A stretch of DNA of 64,000 bases from assembly GCA_963733745.1 (NCBI GenBank), contig CAVTFE010000046.1:113448-177447 (forward strand), given 5' to 3'. This stretch comes from an uncultured bacterium (GTDB taxonomy: Bacteria > Chloroflexota > Ktedonobacteria > Ktedonobacterales > JADMIN01). This document shows, in pieces, positions 10,083-21,819 of this stretch (positions within the stretch are counted from its first letter, which is position 1; each line of letters starts with the position of its first letter). Below the pieces are notes generated by a model, which was given only the letters and a program-made list of their open reading frames with translations, did not search any database and was not told the origin of the DNA. A program made the translations under genes and the position numbers.

Positions 10083-10559
10083 TTACGCCGGAAAGCGCGC
10101 TCGCAACTCTTCTGACAGCGCGCGAACCTCCTCTGGCGGGACCGCGTCCTCCGCCGAGAGCAGGCTGAAGATGCGCGGGCCACGCAGGTTATCTGTCAGA
10201 TCGGCGGCGCGCGGAATGATATGGACATGCAGATGCGCGAAGTGTGGGGCCTCGGCGTAGAGCGAGACATACTCTTTCTCGCAGCCCGTCACGTCGCGCA
10301 AGACCAGGCACGACCGCCGGATCAGGTCGCCCATCTCCGTCATCTCCTCTGCGGAGAGGTCGTGCAGCGCCTCGGCGTGGCGCTTCAGCACGAGCACGAG
10401 CCAGCCGGGCAGACATGTGGGATATGCGTGATCGACCATCCAGTAGCGCCCCTCATGGATGAAGGGTCCAGGCGAGATGCGCCGGGCGCCAGAGAGCGAC
10501 GGGCAACTCCAACATTCGGCGCTATCCTGCATACTCTCAGTCACGTCTCCAGCCGTCAT
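10083..10559 (-). CDS. HIT family hydrolase
   Basis: HLHVHIIPR histidine triad; PGWLVLVLKRH. Confidence 0.85.
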   Translation of the reverse strand: MTAGDVTESMQDSAECWSCPSLSGARRISPGPFIHEGRYWMVDHAYPTCLPGWLVLVLKRHAEALHDLSAEEMTEMGDLIRRSCLVLRDVTGCEKEYVSLYAEAPHFAHLHVHIIPRAADLTDNLRGPRIFSLLSAEDAVPPEEVRALSEELRARFPA

Positions 10560-10562
10560 ATG

Positions 10563-11162
10563 TCATGCCTCTATTCCCAGCCGCCGCGCGACTCCCGCCT
10601 CGACAGGATACACCCGCTCGCGTGGCAGCAGTCGTTGCGCCTGACTGGCGCGGCCATTAGCGATCAGATCGCGCAGTTTACGCACTAGCGGCGTGCAATC
10701 GCTGATCTCCACCGTCCACTCGTTCACATAGCGCTCGATGACACGACGGCTCAGGCCAACTTGAATGCTATCGACTTGTAACGCTGCGCCGCGTAAGCTG
10801 CGCTCGGGGTCCCATTGGACGATCACAGACGCCTGCTCGAATTGGCGTCTCCACTCTTCAGCGTCAGGGTAAACGCTGCGCTCCGGCGCCGTCAGGACGG
10901 CCATTGAGAGCGCTTCATCCCAGCCCGCGCGGGTAATGCGCACAGCTAGCACATATTCCTGTCCGGGCTTCCGCCCCCAGTTGCTGCGCTCCATCATCCA
11001 AAGAAATGAGGGTTTGATCCACGTCATGCGGTTGAGCGAGAAGGGTGGCACGAAGCGCTGGCTGGCGAGCGCTGGGCGCGCGATCTGTTCCCCATACGCC
11101 TGGTAGATCACGACGCCTGTCGCATCATAATCAGCTCGTATCTCACGCCGCTTCATTGGCAT
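10563..11162 (-). CDS. DUF4291 family protein
   Basis: IRADYD...[34 protein letters not shown]. Confidence 0.8.
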   Translation of the reverse strand: MPMKRREIRADYDATGVVIYQAYGEQIARPALASQRFVPPFSLNRMTWIKPSFLWMMERSNWGRKPGQEYVLAVRITRAGWDEALSMAVLTAPERSVYPDAEEWRRQFEQASVIVQWDPERSLRGAALQVDSIQVGLSRRVIERYVNEWTVEISDCTPLVRKLRDLIANGRASQAQRLLPRERVYPVEAGVARRLGIEA

Positions 11163-11474
11163 TCTGCCTGTTCATTAGGAACGTTCTGGCTTCATGGGAT
11201 GTCATCCGCATTGAGATGACTCAAGAGTATACGATCTTGCTCCCTATCGCTTGCTCTCGGTCGGCGAATAGGGGAAATAGACTGCCATCAATTACAACTG
11301 CCTTGTGACGGCGCGCCTGGTTCCGAATGGTCATTGCTTTTGCTTGTTCGATCTGCTAGAGTTGCGTGAATTGCGTCTGACCAGGCAATCCCCAGTGAGT
11401 ACATACGCGTCTTGGTCAGCGAGATGGGGCGCTTCTCTCCAGGTGGGCGTCGAGAGATGGAGGTATGCCCTCAC

Positions 11475-11903
11475 ATGAACACATCTCGGCTTCGTCGTGT
11501 GTTAGTCATCGATGACGATCCAGCGTTGTTGACCGCCATTACCCGTGGCCTCGACCTCATCGGAGGATTCGATGTGCTGACCGCGCAGGATGGCGCGTCA
11601 GGACTCAACCAGTTCTTCTCAAACCGGCCTGATTGCGTTGTTGTTGATATTCGCATGCCCGGACTGAACGGATACCAATTCGTGCGGGCGCTGCGCGGTG
11701 ATCGCGAGACGGCGGAGACGCCGATTGTGCTGTTGAGCGCGCTGGTGCAGGATCGCGAGCAACTCGCAGGACTCTTGACCGGAGCGGACGCTTATCTCAT
11801 CAAACCCGTGAAGATCGTCGATCTGGTGAATGCGATTGATCGCGCGGTACAACTTTCCGCCGAGGAGCGCCAGGCGTATTTTCGCGGACTTTTCGAGCCA
11901 TAG
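11475..11903 (+). CDS. Single-domain response regulator (canonical Asp)
   Basis: LVIDDD, VVVDIRMPG, GADAYLIKP. Confidence 0.9.
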   Translation: MNTSRLRRVLVIDDDPALLTAITRGLDLIGGFDVLTAQDGASGLNQFFSNRPDCVVVDIRMPGLNGYQFVRALRGDRETAETPIVLLSALVQDREQLAGLLTGADAYLIKPVKIVDLVNAIDRAVQLSAEERQAYFRGLFEP

Positions 11904-11921
11904 GGCAGAGAGGGGATTCAC

Positions 11922-12374
11922 ATGGCAACGCAACGTGACTTTTCGTATCTGCTGGCGCTCGCTCGTCGCCTGTTTTCTCCGGCCAGGATGCGTGTGCTGA
12001 TCGTTGATCCAGATCTTGCCAGCGCGCACGAGCTGGCGGTCGCCTTGCCCAAACACTACGCCCCCATCGTCGTCGGTTCAGGCGCGGAAGCCTACGCCGC
12101 CATTCAGGCCGAACTACCCACGCTCATCGCGACAGAGATCCACCTGCCCGACGGCTCTGGTATTGATCTGCTCGCGCGTGTACACGCTGCCCCAGCGACA
12201 CGGCACATCTACCTCGTTGCGCTGGGAGCCAGGATGTCTATTCCCGAGAAAATCGCCGTCTTTCAGGCCGGAGCGGACGACTGCCTCGTCAAGCCTGTGG
12301 AGCCCGCGCGCTTTGTGAATCATGTCGAGCGGCTGGCGCGCTTCCATCAAGTGCTAGAGTCGTCCGCCAGCTAG
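11922..12374 (+). CDS. Atypical receiver-domain protein (Glu at phosphoacceptor position)
   Basis: VLIVD, PTLIATEIHLPDG, AGADDCLVKP. Confidence 0.8.
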   Translation: MATQRDFSYLLALARRLFSPARMRVLIVDPDLASAHELAVALPKHYAPIVVGSGAEAYAAIQAELPTLIATEIHLPDGSGIDLLARVHAAPATRHIYLVALGARMSIPEKIAVFQAGADDCLVKPVEPARFVNHVERLARFHQVLESSAS

Positions 12375-12422
12375 AGATCACCTGCTACAGCCACGGACTC
12401 TTCGGCGATATGGGAGCAAGGT

Positions 12423-14005
12423 ATGTCTATTTCATCCAATCCAGCACGTGCGCAACAGGCTGTCAGGCGTCGCTTGACGGTCTTTTACTCCACCGCGCTC
12501 CTCCTCATCGCGATGGTCGTTCTTTTCTACACGGGCGCGAGAACGTTTGTCCTCGAGCCGTTGCAAGAGAACCATGCGACCGTCGCGCTGCTTGCAGGAA
12601 ATGAGGAGCTTGACGCGCTCATCATCAGCAGAGATGCGCAGGAACTCGTCAACGCCACGGAAGCGAATGCGCGTGCGCAATATATCCCTGAGATGCGCAA
12701 AATATTAGACGCCTGGAACCGCGATCATGCGACGTTGAGTGGTGGAGATTTCTTCAGCTATCAGGATCTCAGCGAGGCCAGCGTCGCATATGAAGGTGCG
12801 AAATCCGACTACCAGGTAACAGTCGACCTTACAGCCAACCTGATAGCGCTCTATGACAGGCCAGAGGGGATTGGTGTCGCAAGCGTAGCTGGCGCGGTTG
12901 ACGCGCTTGTGGCGGTTGCACGATCGTTCATCACGAAGATCGACCCTATCGTCGGCATTGCCAACGCGGCGAATGACGTGGCGCAGGCGCAGGGAGTCCT
13001 TCTGGAACGCGTGTTGCTGGGCGCTATATTGGCGACCCTGCTCGCCATCGCGCTGCTGGTGTTCCGGCCTGCGATACGCCAGGTTGGTCTGAGTATCGCC
13101 GAGCTGGAGCGCGCGGAAGAGCAACAACGTGAGTTGGCGGCGCTCAAAGACCAGTTCATCATTGACGCGAACCACGAACTACGCACACCCATCATGGCGC
13201 TCTACAATAACCTGGAGCTTCTCTCCCTGGTCGAGCGCCGGGAGCGCGACGATCCTGCCTTGCGGAAGGATCTGATCCAGCAGGCGCTGACTTCTGGGGA
13301 TGGGTTGCTGCGCCTGCTGCGGAATGTGCTCGACGTGGGAGCGCTGGATAGTCAAAACCCACGTGTGACGCCAACGCGCGTGCATCTTGAGCCATTGGTC
13401 CGGCTGGCGCTCGAGACCTTCGACCCGCGCGAGATTGGCGAGGGGGAGCTGGCCCCAGGCGCGTACCAGGCCCGCGCCGTGACGATGAACATCCCAAGCG
13501 ACATGATAGTCTGGTGTGACGAGGGACGCCTGCGCCAGGTGCTGATCAATCTGATCTCCAACGCGCTCAAATACTCAGAGGCAGGCTCGCCAATCGTCAT
13601 CAGCGCGCAGGAATCGACGAAACCTCGATATCTGGCGCTCGTGGACGGCGACCGTCTGACGGCGAACTGCGTTACGCGCGAGTGAGCGTGCGCGACCAGG
13701 GCCTTGGCATTCCCCGTGAGTTCGCCCCCCAACTTTTCCAGCGCTTTGTACGCCTCCCACGCGACATCGCTGGTCCGGTGCGTGGGACAGGAGTGGGGCT
13801 GTACCTGTGTCGTACGTATGTCGAGGCGATGGGCGGCGAGATTGGCGTTGAGAGTTCTGGCGTCCCAGGCGAGGGCTCCACATTCAGCTTCACGCTGCCG
13901 TTCCCGGCGCCGGATACTCCAGAGCACGCGCCTAACGGAAATCACGACCAGAATCAGCTCTCCACGAGCGTGGTGGCCCCCTCTGACCGCCTAGTTCGGC
14001 CATAG
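12423..14005 (+). CDS. Membrane sensor histidine kinase (two TM helices, extracellular helical domain; frameshift near 13680)
   Basis: H-box ANHELRTP, N-box NLISNALKYS, DQGLGI, LFQRF, GTGVGLY. Confidence 0.9.
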
Positions 14006-14009
14006 TTGG

Positions 14010-14408
14010 TCAGTACATCATATGCGCATCGCGGTACCACTTAAACTCCAGGAGATTGTTCGAGGGGTCCACCAGGAAGAAGGTCTGATGCTCCTCGACC
14101 ATCCCCTCGAATCGGGTAAATGGTTCACGGAAGAAAGGTAGCTTGCGCTCGCAGGCGAGGCGCAGGAGGTCGTCGTACTCGCTGCGGTCTCGAAAGGTGA
14201 CGCCGAAATGGCGTGGATACATTTCCGGCTTGGACGCGATCTTGTCAGAATGGTGGCAAACGACCTGATCTCCGAAGAAGTCTAGCGTGATGCGATCGTC
14301 GTAGCGCCGGGCGAGTTTGCAGCCGAGTTTGGCCACGTAGAAGTCGTACGCCTCGTCCAGGTCGCGGGCAGGTATCGCCAGGTGAAAGACATTGTGGGTG
14401 TCACGCAT
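14010..14408 (-). CDS. VOC/glyoxalase-superfamily protein
   Basis: FHLAIP, DFFGDQVVCH, PRHFG, DPSNNLLEFK. Confidence 0.85.
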   Translation of the reverse strand: MRDTHNVFHLAIPARDLDEAYDFYVAKLGCKLARRYDDRITLDFFGDQVVCHHSDKIASKPEMYPRHFGVTFRDRSEYDDLLRLACERKLPFFREPFTRFEGMVEEHQTFFLVDPSNNLLEFKWYRDAHMMY

Positions 14409-14425
14409 GATGGGTCTCCTTCCCA

Positions 14426-15208
14426 CTAACTGATGTAGGCGTCGAGCGCCAGCAACGTGTCGCCGCGCAACCCCAAACGCAAGGTCTCCAGCGCGATAGG
14501 ATCACTTAACGCGATGTTGGCTAGATTGACATCTGGGCCTACTCGCTTGATGAAATAGGTCTGGAGTGACTTGTTGGGGGCCTCGAAGATGATCCTGTCT
14601 GCGCGCACGTCGGACGCAAGGATCTCTTCGATGAGGCCAAAGCGCAGGGCCCCATCAGGCCGGCAGATGCCGCTGGTGCCGCTTTCACGCGCCTCAGTGA
14701 TCACGTAGCGCGCGCCATGTTCCAGATCGGCGCGCATGTACTCGATCCAGCGCGCGGGGTGCAGATGTTCTGAGCGCTCGCTGTCTTTGTAGCCAACCTC
14801 GCTCAATACGGTGAAGTCGCGCGCGAACCGGCTGATGCAGCGTCCTTTCTCGCTTTTCGACAGATCAATCGTGCCGTCAGAAATCTCGACAACCCGGCAT
14901 CCGTGGCGCATACACAGATCATGGAACGCGTCTACTTTGCCCTGGCTGTAATACTTCTCGAAGAGGGTGCCTCCGAAAAAGTACTCCACCTCGTGCGCGC
15001 GCAGACAGGCGATCTTCTGTTCCAGATCGGCCGTGACCAGCGCCGTGCCCCAGCCAAACTTGATCATGTCGATGTGGTCGCTCGCGCTGGAGACGACATC
15101 CTCGAAGTAGCCTGTGGGCGCGCCATTATCGATGACGACCGTCAATCCGCTGGCGCGTGGCTTGCGCGTCCTAGGTGGCAGCGACAAATTCTCATGTGTC
15201 CACATCAT
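14426..15208 (-). CDS. comA: Phosphosulfolactate synthase (ComA family)
   Basis: RKPR..GLT.VID.G, IKFGWGT, GGTLFE, EISDG, SEVG.K, EARESG, IFEAP, VNLANI, LETLRLGLRGDT. Confidence 0.9.
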   Translation of the reverse strand: MMWTHENLSLPPRTRKPRASGLTVVIDNGAPTGYFEDVVSSASDHIDMIKFGWGTALVTADLEQKIACLRAHEVEYFFGGTLFEKYYSQGKVDAFHDLCMRHGCRVVEISDGTIDLSKSEKGRCISRFARDFTVLSEVGYKDSERSEHLHPARWIEYMRADLEHGARYVITEARESGTSGICRPDGALRFGLIEEILASDVRADRIIFEAPNKSLQTYFIKRVGPDVNLANIALSDPIALETLRLGLRGDTLLALDAYIS

Positions 15209-15303
15209 GGTTTCGGTCTCCTTCCGTGCGGCTCGCTAGGAACCCTATCCCTTCTACGACTCCATCGCTTCCTGTTTGCCTGTTGTGGTCCTTTCTCATG
15301 ATC

Positions 15304-16356
15304 CTAGTTGCGTGCGGTCGCTGGACACGGCAGCGGCGGGGCAGTTGGAGGAGGATCTTTCGATTGCGAGAATAGCCATGCCAGCGTTTCTGCCTGGTCA
15401 AGCGGGCTTTTGACAGCCCACAGATCGTGGCCGCGTCCGGGATACTCGGTGTAGCACGCTCCACCGCCATCCGCGCGAATTGCGCTGATCATTCGCCGTG
15501 AACCAGCCACAGGCACGGTTGTGTCGGCTGTGCCATGGAACGCCCAGATCGCCATATGTGTCAGCGCCGCGGCTGCATTTGGATCGCCTGACCCTGCGAT
15601 GGGCATAGCCGCCGCAAAGATGTTGGGCCACCGTTCCGCCGCCTCCCATGTCCCGAAAGCGCCCATGGAGATGCCGGTGACGTAGATGCGATCGCGGTCG
15701 ATGGCGGGATAGGCCTGCAGGGTGGAGGTGAGGATGGTCATCGCCATGGCGAGGGATACGCTTGGCTGGGATGCGAGGGTGTAGGAGCGGACCGAGGCAG
15801 GAACGTTCACCCAGCGGTTGCCCGCGGCCGCCTGCGGGACGAGCACGAAACTTGGCCACCGCTCCTGAGCGGCCACGTTGGTGAACGCCCGCACATAGTC
15901 CTGATTGAGAACGAGGTTCTTATTGTAGACAGAGGCCGCCTTTGCAAGGGCCACCTCGCCTCCACCGTGCAAGATCAGGACCAGCGGATAGCGTCCGGAC
16001 GGTGTGTAATCGGCTGGCGCATACAAGTAGTAGATCATGTGCGCCCCTGACGGATCGCTGTACATGTATGAGCCGAATGCCCCACGTGGGACTGACGCTG
16101 GCTTAAAGCGAGGAACTACGTTTGCTGGCGCCCGCGAGGTGGTTGCGGCCGGAGTCGCGCTCCCTTGGGCGGCGCGCGCAGCGGCGCTGTGTACCGGAGG
16201 CGCCCAGGCGCCCGACACGACGGCCGCCAGTATAGCGACGATCAGCGTCAGAGTGAGGTTCAGCGCCAGCGCCAACTGGAGTGTTATAGGAGCCTTTTTC
16301 GGGGTTTCGGTTCCCTCACCTGCGCGCCTCCTGCGTTTGGTCCTGAGTCTCATCAT
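15304..16356 (-). CDS. Membrane-anchored/secreted alpha/beta-hydrolase (esterase/peptidase-like)
   Basis: N-terminal hydrophobic helix; LHGGGE, GISMG nucleophile elbow, FHGTAD, GHD. Confidence 0.8.
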   Translation of the reverse strand: MMRLRTKRRRRAGEGTETPKKAPITLQLALALNLTLTLIVAILAAVVSGAWAPPVHSAAARAAQGSATPAATTSRAPANVVPRFKPASVPRGAFGSYMYSDPSGAHMIYYLYAPADYTPSGRYPLVLILHGGGEVALAKAASVYNKNLVLNQDYVRAFTNVAAQERWPSFVLVPQAAAGNRWVNVPASVRSYTLASQPSVSLAMAMTILTSTLQAYPAIDRDRIYVTGISMGAFGTWEAAERWPNIFAAAMPIAGSGDPNAAAALTHMAIWAFHGTADTTVPVAGSRRMISAIRADGGGACYTEYPGRGHDLWAVKSPLDQAETLAWLFSQSKDPPPTAPPLPCPATARN

Positions 16357-17707
16357 ATCGTTCGCTCGATCCGCATCGGTTCCAACTCCCGCTGCTCTGT
16401 GTCGCCGCTGGGATCGGCGGCGCGAGCGCCCACGGCAGTGTTATCGGCTTTGCCCGCAACACGTCTGGTTCTGCTTGCTGGCAGCGCAATGCGGCGCACC
16501 AAGGAATCACGCGCTGAGGCGAAGAAGGAGATGAAAACGGGAGGGAGCGGCGTCGAACGACCAACAAGGCGGCTGAGAATCGGCGTGCGCAGCAGCAGGA
16601 TGCTCACGAGTGATGAGCCAACCACAGCGAGTAACCATACCGCAAGTACACGCAAGGGCTCTGGCAATTCGGCTGGCGCCACCAGCGCAGGATGGGTCAG
16701 CGCGAAGGTGATAAACAGCGGATGCATCAGATAGACACCGAATGACGCGTCGGCGAGCAGCCGCCAGGCGCGACCTCCTCTGGGTTGCTGACCGTCTCCT
16801 GATCTCCTGGCCCAGCGACAGGCGACCCACCACAGAAACCCGATGACGCCGAGCGAGTAGAACAACATAACCGGCTGCAACACCGAGATCGCGTACACGG
16901 GATCTTCGTGCGCAATCCCAACGCTATACGCATAGTTACCCCAGTAGAGGAGCAGAGCCCCGACGAATACGAGCGCAATCAGCCTGCCGTGCCGCAACGC
17001 AAACGCGCGCAAGCGATCCAGGCGCAGCGCACATACCGCGCCGAGGACGAAGTAGAACTGATAGACTGGCGCGAGACGCGCGAGGTACTTGACCATCCAG
17101 GCGCCAGCGGCGGTGTCGGCGACGGGTGGGCGCTGGATCACATAAAAGTGCGCAGCCAGGATGAGCAGTTCGAGTGCGCACTGATGATGAGCGTGCGCCA
17201 TGGGTATCGATCAAAGAGCGGCAAGAGCCAGAGCACGAGCGGAAACAACAGGTAGAACTGAATGGTGAGCAAGATGTAGTACAGCTGATACGATGCGTCG
17301 CCTGTCACCAGGTCTGTCGCCCAGGTGGTCACGAAGCGCTGTGGTGAGACGAGCAGGCCGGCGAGCGCAAGGTAAATCGCGCTCCAGATGGCATAGGGAA
17401 CGACGACGCCCATGCCACGTTTGCGCCAGAATACACCGAGGTCGAACCGTTTGCCGACGTAGGTGTACACCAAAACGAGCGCGGTCGTGAACATGAAGAC
17501 TTCGCGGGTGAAGTGCATCGTTCCTTCGGCGGCATGCTGGAGAATGATCCCTGACTGCGCTTGGGCGAAGATGATCGTGCCCGCGAGCGTATGGACGGCG
17601 ACAACGCCGAACGCGGTGACCACCCGAAGCAGATCGAGTTCATGCACATGGGATCGCCCACTGCGGCGCTTCTGGTCAATCTGGCCAACGGTTTCACTTA
17701 CCAGCAT
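16353..17707 (-). CDS. Acyltransferase-3 family membrane O-acyltransferase (frameshift near 17180)
   Basis: ELDLLR...GVVAVH, FTREVF, PY.IWS, YQLYYILLTIQFYLLFP, SFGVYLMHP; about 10 TM segments. Confidence 0.85.
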
Positions 17708-17782
17708 TCCTGGGTGTTCCTCAACATCGAGATGAAAGCCTCCTCGCCTTACGAGCGCCCTCGTGCGCCTACTCAGGGATCG

Positions 17783-19287
17783 CTAGGGGACGGCAAGTGC
17801 GGCCGCCGCAGTCCGCAAGGGCTGGCGCTGAAGTTTGCCAAACGGGGTACGTGGAAGCTCTTTCACCGCCACGAAGTGTTCGGGAATTTTGTAGGCGCTC
17901 AGCCGTAACGCACACGCGCGCCGGAGGACCTCCGCCGTCGTCAGCGTCCATGGGGCGGCAGGTACGACATAGGCTATGACACGCTGTCCATACAGGAGAT
18001 CGGGCGCGCCGACTACCGCGACATCGCGCACATAGGATGTCGCCAGAATAGCTTCCTCGACTTCGCGCGGCGCGATATTTTCACCGCCTCGAATGATGAC
18101 GTCACGCTTCCTACCAACGACGTAGAGATAGCCGTCCTGATCGAAGTATCCCAGGTCGCCGGTATGGAACCAGCCATCAACGAAGGCGTCAGATGCCTGC
18201 CCATCGACATAGCGCGTGATCACGCTCGGTCCACAGACACAAATCTCTCCGATTGTTCCCACCGCGACTTCGCTTAGCGGCTCATCCTCGGGCCTAGTCC
18301 GAGACTGGCAGATACGAATCGCGACGCCGGTAGGCCGCCCTATGAGCCAGGTCTGCGCTCACCAGGAGGAACAGGGTTGGCGGCGATTTGGCTGGCGGCT
18401 TCCGAGAGGCCATAAGTCTCTACTACTGGCACACCGAAGCGCCGCTCGAAGGCCTCAAGGACGGTGACTGGGAGCGGCGCTGAGGCGCTGCGGACAAAGC
18501 GCAGGACGCCGGGAAGAAACGGTGGCTTCTCAGTCGTAAGCAGCATCGCCAGCATCGTCGGCACGGCGCTCGCCCAGGTGACCGCGTAGCGTTCCAGCGT
18601 CTCCCAGAAGTGGCTCCGGCTGAAGTGACGCGCGATGACCAAGGAGCTACCTGCGATGAGTGAAGCGCACAGGCTCACCACTGGCGCGTTGACATGAGAA
18701 AGAGGTAGGGCGGTGAAGCCACGATCGGCTGATGTAAGCTCATGCGAGGCGCGAATATGCTCAGCCGCCCAGACGATCTGTCGCGCATCGAGCAGGATAC
18801 CTTTTGGCTCACCCGTCGAGCCGGACGTGCGAAGGAAACAATGGCCCTCAGTTGGGGCTGGGGCTGGCGCGTCATTTGCGCCGAGTTCATTTTCTTGCGC
18901 CGCTGCGATTATTCGCTCAAAGTCGTCGCAGGTCAGGACCGTCGCATTGAGAAGCAACCCACAGTCTGTTTGACGTTCAACGATGAGGACGTCAGGAGTT
19001 ACCTGCTTAGCGAGACGCGCTTGTTCAAGGAGCGGCGCATCGGGCGAGATTGGGGCAAGTGTATGCCCTCCCGTCAGTGCGCTGAGCCAAACGATTGCGC
19101 TACACAATCCGTTCGACGTTGCGAGCAGAATACGGCGGGGCCTTGTCCCAAGCAAGCGGTGGACAACGCGTATCGCGCTGAGGGTCTGCGCATAGGTGAG
19201 AGTACGACCAGACTCTGCCTCAAGGAGGAAGATTCCTTCCGGATTCTGTTGTGCGTTGCGGAGGAGATGGTCATGCAAGGCAGGCAT
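17783..19287 (-). CDS. AMP-forming acyl-CoA ligase (ANL family; frameshift near 18340)
   Basis: TSGSTGEPKG, RFVRSASAPL, ETYGLSEAASQI, FHTGDLG, GRKRDVIIRGGENI, GKLQR. Confidence 0.9.
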
Positions 19288-19859
19288 TCATTGCTCCGAA
19301 TCGTCGAGAATGGACTCATATCATTGGCCGCTATATCGACTACGCAGCCAGCTTGGCGGCGATCGAGGCGACATCACACGCAGCTGTTTCTACCATCGCG
19401 CTATCCGCTTCAAGCGAGTTATGACTTCTGACGCAGACGATGGGGAACCTCATTCGACATTGAATCCTTTCGAGTGGTTACGAATGAAGGGAGCAGCAAC
19501 CTGGTGATCGCATCCATGCGATCCCATGCGCCGCCGATGTAAGGAGGACTGAGTTTCCTCGCATCTGACGGCAATCGTACCGCAGCAACCTGAAGACTCA
19601 CCGCCTGTTTCCTGAAGAATCTCTGAAGAGAGAAGATCAGGAAATAGAGGATAGGCGCCTGCGGTCTCCTGAGGTATTATACCCATTGGCGGCGTGCTTG
19701 CGCATGTGAGGGTTCGCATTTCCCGCTCTCATCAGGGTAGCCTGGTGACACGCCAGCCCAATTTACGTCCTGACTTTTTCACTTTGCCGTTGGTCTTAAC
19801 TATCTGGTCGCCCGCTCATCTTGGCATACGAGCCAGAAGAATGAGGTGAAGGCGTCGGC

Positions 19860-20970
19860 ATGAGAATCCGTCGGCGGCGGCGATATACGCTCGCACTCGC
19901 GATTGCCGCTTGTGTGCTAGGCATGCTCACGGCGATAGTCGCGCTCACGTTGCCATTCTGGGCGGATCTCGAAGAGGATCTCGCCGCGCCAATCGCGTTG
20001 CTTGCGGCCACGCTCAGCGCCACGCCTTTGCTCCATCATCTCGTCCCATCAGACTTCCTCGCAGTCCGGCACAGAGACACATCTTTTCACTGCTATCGCT
20101 ACGACAGGTTGCGGACGCCCCGCTCCTTCGCGGCCTGGAATGACCACAGTTGATCGACTCTCTGTCGGAGCGCTCACACGCGATTACCGATTGCATGTGC
20201 CATCCACGTATCAGCCGAGACTCAAGACTGCGCTCGTCTTGAGTTTTCATGGACATGGGAGCACAGCCGTTCTTCAGGAGCAGCGCACGGGGCTTTCCCA
20301 TCTTGCCGACCTGCGTCACTTCATCACCGTGTATCCGCAGGGCGCCATTGGTCCAGACGGACAGACTGGGTGGAATACCGGTCGCAGAAAAGACCCTTCG
20401 GTCGATGACGTCAGCTTCGTCGATCACCTCATCACCGCGCTTCAGCGATCTCTCTGCATAGATCCACAGCACATCTACGCTACTGGCTATTCGAATGGAG
20501 GGGGAATGACGGCTATTCTTGCCTGTGAGTTTTCCAGCCGTATCGCCGCCTTCGCGCCTGTCGCAGGTGACTACTATCCGCAGCCCGGTGGCTGTCATCC
20601 AAACCATCCAGCATCCCTCTTGGAGATCCATGGCACGGCCGATGCGGTCAATCCGTACGGGGGAAGCGCCGCACTGCGTTATCCAGCGGTTGGCGCATGG
20701 CTCGCCGCCTGGGCGCAGCGCGACGGCTGCGTCCAGGAACCCATCGTAACGACGGTTGGACAGGGCGTGACGATGGAGGAGTGGCTTGGCTGCAAGGGGG
20801 ACGCGGTCATCCTGCACTACCGTCTCTCAGGCGTCGGCCATGTCTGGCCAGAAATCGCTAGCAATGCGACTAGCGGCTCGAATACCGCCTCGGGCTTCGA
20901 CGCAAGTACGGCTATCTGGACGTTCTTCTCACAACGAACGCTCTCGTCCGAGCAGGCTCCTGCAGCCTGA
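19860..20970 (+). CDS. PHB-depolymerase/LpqC-like secreted esterase (frameshift near 20040)
   Basis: Hydrophobic N-terminus; FHG.G, VYPQG, DDVSFV, TGYSNGG, HGTAD, GHVWP. Confidence 0.8.
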
Positions 20971-21355
20971 AGGCTTATGCGCTCGATGAACCGATTTCGC
21001 GCTCCGAATGAAGTAACCACCGCAGCGTTATCGGATCGCTCTGCCCCATCAGGCTGGCGCCAGAATCGGTACACGCTGCTGTGCGTAGTGTCAATATGGA
21101 GCCTGACCGGACTTCTTTCATCTACCGTATTGCCTCTCGTTGGGCGTAAGCAGGCGGCGTCGGCTAACTGCCTCGCGCTTGCGCTAACAGCATCCCGGTA
21201 TTGTTAACTCTCCAGCAATCTGGTAGAGTAAGCCCACCGTGTGGGACTGGCCCGGCGGATGAGGCGCTGGCGATCATCTGCGTGGATGGACAACTCAAGA
21301 TAGACGATCGCTCGCCTTGACCTCTCGGGATCTTTTCGGGAATGGGGTATACCGC

Positions 21356-21799
21356 ATGAACGCCTTCGAACGCACCGCGATTTCGCCGCGCGCCGTAGTC
21401 TTGATTATTGATCCTGATGACGCCGCCCGCGCCCACACCGCTCTACAGGTGCGACACCTATACGAGGTTGTTGGCGTAAGCAGTCTTCGGCAAGCGCACG
21501 CGCGCCTCACGCAGCAGGGAGATCGCGCCGTTCGCTTTGTTGTGCTCGAGCTGAATACCCCCGATGGCGATGGCCTCTGGCTCATTCGGCATCTCACTAC
21601 CGAAGCGGTCTTTCCCACTGGGACGCGTCCAACGGTCATCTGTCTGACCACACGCAACAGTGTGCAAGACAAAGTCGATGCCCTGCGCGCTGGCGCATCT
21701 GATTATCTGGTCAAGCCGGCGACACACATCCCACTGGCGTTGCGGCTCCAGCTGCTCGAACGCTTTGAGCGCCTTCGGCGTGATGAATGGACCGTGTAA
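21356..21799 (+). CDS. Atypical receiver-domain protein (Glu at phosphoacceptor position)
   Basis: VLIID, FVVLELNTPDG, DKVDALRAGASDYLVKP. Confidence 0.8.
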   Translation: MNAFERTAISPRAVVLIIDPDDAARAHTALQVRHLYEVVGVSSLRQAHARLTQQGDRAVRFVVLELNTPDGDGLWLIRHLTTEAVFPTGTRPTVICLTTRNSVQDKVDALRAGASDYLVKPATHIPLALRLQLLERFERLRRDEWTV

Positions 21800-21819
21800 A
21801 CCGAGGGGAGTTACGCGCC

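Noticed and set aside
14426..15208. Coenzyme M biosynthesis locus
   Set aside because: No comB, comC, comDE or xcb-type partners in the window
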